Source of the DNA: the human T2T-CHM13v2.0 reference genome, Homo sapiens | Assembly (NCBI RefSeq): GCF_009914755.1 | Contig: NC_060929.1 | Length of the DNA stretch: 64,000 nt | Reading direction: 5' to 3' (one strand) | Part shown: piece after piece, positions 55,331 through 64,000 of the stretch | Layout: the number at the start of each line of letters is the position of its first letter | Position numbering within the stretch: the stretch's first letter is position 1 | Notes under the pieces: model-generated | The model's input: only the letters and a program-made list of their open reading frames with translations | Database searches by the model: none | Told to the model about the DNA's origin: nothing | Position numbers and translations under genes: made by a program

Positions 55331-55608
55331 ACTTTCTATAAACAACTCTCATGTCAATAGATCATTGCCTTGGCAATTAAAGCTGAGATGCCACTTTTCA
55401 AGATGGTGCTCATAAATGCAGTATTTGTATGCCCCTATACTCTTCCCTCTTCTACTCTCCCTTCTGCTAGCTATTCTTGTGTGGAAGAGAGTGGCAGGGC
55501 ATTCCAAATTGTATTGAGGATGAACTTAGATTGTGTTTGGAGCAGATATCTTAGATATAAAATTTATGGGATGATTCAGGGTATATATCAAATGGATGTG
55601 GAGTTTGA

Positions 55609-55925
<317 letters not shown>

Positions 55926-56062
55926 GTAATATCTTAAGAGTGTAGCCCATACTTTATCTTGGTACTATATCTACCACATAATAGTTCTCAATAGATACGC
56001 TGAGTAAAAGAATGAAGGAATTAAAATGAATTAAACGTTAAATACGTGTTTCCCAAGAATAA

Positions 56063-56506
<444 letters not shown>

Positions 56507-58081
56507 ACAGTTTCTTTTTAAACAACCCTACGCCTTCTTTTCCCCAAAAAATGCAAAATGAAAAAAAATTAAACTTGCATTTATTCAATCATCAAACATC
56601 CACTGAGCCTTTATTCTGTGTCATCCTTGGACACACAACTAAGAACATGAATAATTTGGAAACCTTAACATCATATTAGAGGATATTTGTCCTTTGTGAA
56701 CCTGTGGCCCAGTCCTCACCTTCTGTAACACAGCTTTAATACTTCTATAAAGTATAACAAACTATGTTTTTTTATTTTTACATGCTAATTTTCACACATT
56801 TCTCCAAAATTCACATAGACTTTTGCTAGGTTGTAATCAGAAGGCAAAAAAACACCAAGTCTCACTGGCTTGCAACAACAGTTAATTCTCACTCACATTA
56901 CAAACGGGCAACCTCAAGTCAGCTGCAGGCTTTGTCTACAGACCTCATTTCAGGACCCAGGCTGAAAAAGCAGCTCCAGTTTGAGACATGCCTTTCTCTT
57001 TTGGCAACAGAAAAGAGCAAGAGAGTTGGTAGAAACAGACAATGACTCTTCAAGCATCTGCTGAGACTTGCTGAACATCATGTTTGCTCATATGCACTGG
57101 CCAAAGTAAGTCAAACGCTTCCTATTCCTGCTCCACCATGAAGGATTTGCTACAAGTCTTGGGCAAAGGACAGAGATACACAACTTCTTACAGGAGGGAG
57201 TTTAAATATTGGAGACGCCAGGGTACACAACTCATTACTTTGGGAGGGAATAGACTAACATAAAGGGAGAACATTCCACATTTTTAGCACTTTTGTATTT
57301 AAATGTAGCTTTTAAAAAAAACAAATGTTTATTAAGCACCCCTTTTGTTCCAGACACTTTTCTGGGTGCTTGTTATGTATTAATGAACAAAACAGAAAGA
57401 AAAAATTCTCTACCTTTATGGAGCTTACCCACTAAACTATTAAAATAAAATAAGCCTAATAAAGAAGTTAATAGTACAGTGAGATGCTCTTTTCCCCTCT
57501 TTTTTTTAATATTTTATTTTTTATTATTATACTTTAAGTTTTAGGGTACATGTGCACATTGTGCAGGTTAGTTACATACGTATACATGTGCCATGCTGGT
57601 GCGCTGCACCCACTAACTCGTCATCTAGCATTAGGTATATCTCCCAATGCTATCCCTCCCCCCTCCCCCCAATCCACAACAGTCCCCAGAGTGTGATGTT
57701 CCCCTTCCTGTGTCCATGTGATCTCATTGTTCAATTCCCACCTAGGAGTGAGAATATGCGGTGTTTGGTTTTTTGTTCTTGAGATAGTTTACTGAGAATG
57801 ATGATTTCCAATTTCATCCATGTCCCTAAAAAGGACATGAACTCATCCTTTTTTATGGTTGCATAGTATTCCATGGTGTATATGTGCCACATTTTCTTAA
57901 TGCAGTCTATCATTGTTGGACATTTGGGTTGGTTCCAAGTCTTTGCTATTGTGAATAATGCCGCAATAAACATACGTGTGCATGTGTCTTTATAGCAGCA
58001 TGATTTATAATCCTCTGGGTATATAACCAGTAATGGGATGGCTGGGTCAAATGGTATTTCTAGTTCTAGATCCCTGAGGAA

Positions 58082-61576
<3,495 letters not shown>

Positions 61577-63091
61577 TTATTTTGCTCGTTAGTTGATGCA
61601 GTTTCTTCCTAGTCTCGATGGTCTTTACATTTTGGCATGATTTTGCAGTGGCTGGTACCGGTTGTTCCTTTCCATGTTTAGCGCTTCCTTCAGGAGCTCT
61701 TTTAGGGCAGGCCTGGTGGTGACAAAATCTCTGAGCATTTGCTTGTCTGTAAAGTATTTTATTTCTCCTTCACTTATGAAGCTTAGTTTGGCTGGATATG
61801 AAATTCTGGGTTGAAAATTCTTTCCTTTAAGAATGTTGAATATTGGCCCCCACTCTTCTGGCTTGCAGGGTTTCTGCCGAGAGATCCGCTGTTAGTCTGA
61901 TGGGCCTCCCTTTGAGGGTAACCCGACCTTTCTCTCTGGCTGCCCTTAACATTTCTTCCTTCATTTCAACTTTGGTGAATCTGACAATTATGTGTCTTGG
62001 AGTTTCTCTTCTCGAGGAGTATCTTTGTGGCATTCTCTGTATTTCCTGAATCTGAACGTTGGCCTGCCTTGCTAGATTGGGGAAGTTCTCCTGGATAATA
62101 TCCTGCACAGTGTTTTCCAACTTGGTTCCATTCTCCCCATCACTTTCAGGTACACCAATCAGACGTAGATTTGGTCTTTTCAGATAGTCCCATATTTCTT
62201 GGAGGCTTTGCTCGTTTCTTTTTATTCTTTTTTCTCTAAACTTCCCTTCTCACTTCATTTCATTCATTTCATCTTCCATTGCTGATACCCTTTCTTCCTG
62301 TTGATGGCATCGGCTCCTGAGGCTTCTGCATTCTTCACGTAGTTCTCAAGCCTTGGTTTTCAGCTCCATCAGCTCCTTTAAGCACTTCTCTGTATTGGTT
62401 ATTCTAGTTATACATTCTTCTAAATTTTTTTCAAAGTTTTCAACTTCTTTGCCTTTGGTTTGAATGTCCTCCCGTAGCTCATAGTAATTTGATCGTCTGA
62501 AGCCTTCTTCTCTCAGCTCATCAAAGTCATTCTCCGTCCAGCTTTGTTCAGTTGCTGGTGAGAAGCTGCGTTCCTTTGGAGGAAGAGAGGCACTCTGCTT
62601 TTTAGAGTTTCCAGTTTTTCTGTTCTGTTTTTTCCCCATCTTTGTGGTTTTATCTACTTTTGGTCTTTGATGATGGTGATGTACAGATGGGTTTTTGGTG
62701 TGGATGTCCTTTCTGTTTGTTAGTTTTCCTTCTAACAGACAGGACCCTCAGCTGCAGGTCTGTTGGAGTACCCTGCAGTGTGAGGTGTCAGTGTGCCCTG
62801 CTGGGGGTGCCTCCCAGTTAGGCTGCTCAGGGGTCAGGGGTCAGGGACCCACTTGAGGAGGCAGTCTGCCCGTTCTCAGATCTCCAGCTGCGTACTAGGA
62901 GAACCACTGCTCTCTTCAAAACTGTCAGACAGGGACATTTAAGTCTGCAGAGGTTACTGCTGTCTTTTTGTTTGTCTGTGCCCTGCTGCCATAGGTGGAG
63001 CCTACAGAGGCAGGCAGGCCTCCTTGAGCTGTGGTGGACTCCACCCAGTTCCAGCTTCCAGCTGCTTTGTTTACCTAAGCAAGCCTGGGCA

Positions 63092-63400
63092 ATGGTGGGC
63101 GCCCCTCCCCCAGCCTTGCTGCCACCTTGCAGTTTGATCTCAGACTGCTGTGCTAGCAATCAGCAAGACTCCGTGGGCGTAGGACCCTCCGAGCCAGGTG
63201 CGGGATATAATCTCGTGGTGTGCCGTTTTTTAAGCCCGTCGGAAAAGCGCAGTATTGGGGTGGGAGTGACCCAATTTTCCAGATGCCGTCCATCACCCCT
63301 TTCTTTGATTAGGAAAGGGAACTCCCTGACCCCTTGTGCTTCCCAAGTGAGGCAATGCCTCGCCCTGCTTCGGCTCGCGCACAGTGCGCGCACCCACTAA
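63092..63400 (+). CDS. L1 ORF0-like antisense ORF (102 aa)
   Basis: gcaATGg start; MVGAPPPALLPPCSLISDCCASNQQDSVGVGPSEPG closely matches primate L1 ORF0. Confidence 0.6.
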   Translation: MVGAPPPALLPPCSLISDCCASNQQDSVGVGPSEPGAGYNLVVCRFLSPSEKRSIGVGVTQFSRCRPSPLSLIRKGNSLTPCASQVRQCLALLRLAHSARTH

Positions 63401-64000
63401 CCTGCGCCCACTGTCTGGCACTCCCTACTGAGATGAACCCGGTACCTCAGATGGAAATGCAGAAATCACCCGTCTTCTGCGTCGCTCACGCTGGGAGCTG
63501 TAGACCGGAGCTGTTCCTATTCGGCCATCTTGGCTCCTCCCCTCTCCCCTCTTTTTTAATTTAAAGAACATTTACAAATAATTAGCAACTTGTTCACTTT
63601 TAAGTCATACCAAAAACATGGCTGAAAATGTGCACTGCTATTGAGAAATCCGGGGTACAAATGAAAATACAAGTAAGTACAACATGTCAAGGACTAAATA
63701 ACAAGCTCTCATTCTGTTAGCATCTGCCCCTTAATGATCTTAACATCCAAAGTGTTTGAGGCTTTGTGCCAAGAACTATAAAATAAATCAAGATTTTTTT
63801 TGTTCAAGAATGTATGAGTCAGGTATTCAAATTAGCTAACAAGTGACTTTTGTTTCATAATTATTACATTTTAGAACTGGAAGGAACCCGAGAGAGTACA
63901 CTGATCTGTGTAGAGACAGACCCTCTTTATCTCTTTCAAGTACATTTACATTAGTAAATATACCCTTTTTATCCCTCTCAAGTACTAGTATAGTTACGTT

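Overview
Primate genomic DNA, almost certainly human 5q22.1, containing the whole TSLP (thymic stromal lymphopoietin) gene on the + strand. Four coding exons (44524-44694, 45521-45565, 46144-46278, 48580-48708) splice to the 159-aa long form; the 63-aa short form starts at 46216. Promoter NF-kB sites, two CpG islands and a 3' UTR with several poly(A) signals are visible. The rest is mostly transposon-derived: two full-length L1PA elements in inverted orientation (2367-8492 +, 57506-63542 -), truncated L1s, a Tigger1, MER and MaLR elements and 13 Alus. No prokaryotic-type systems, CRISPR arrays or structural RNA genes were seen. Main observations: (1) neighbouring L1 copies of different subfamilies share patches of non-consensus bases, including the nonsense codon that truncates the young element's otherwise open ORF2, suggesting local non-allelic gene conversion; (2) the TSLP leaders carry uORFs, and a known disease-associated SNP position falls in the last sense codon of one; (3) an intact L1 ORF0/antisense promoter points out of the right end of the window. 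Repeat subfamily names, L1 consensus bases and SNP identifiers are from memory and need checking.
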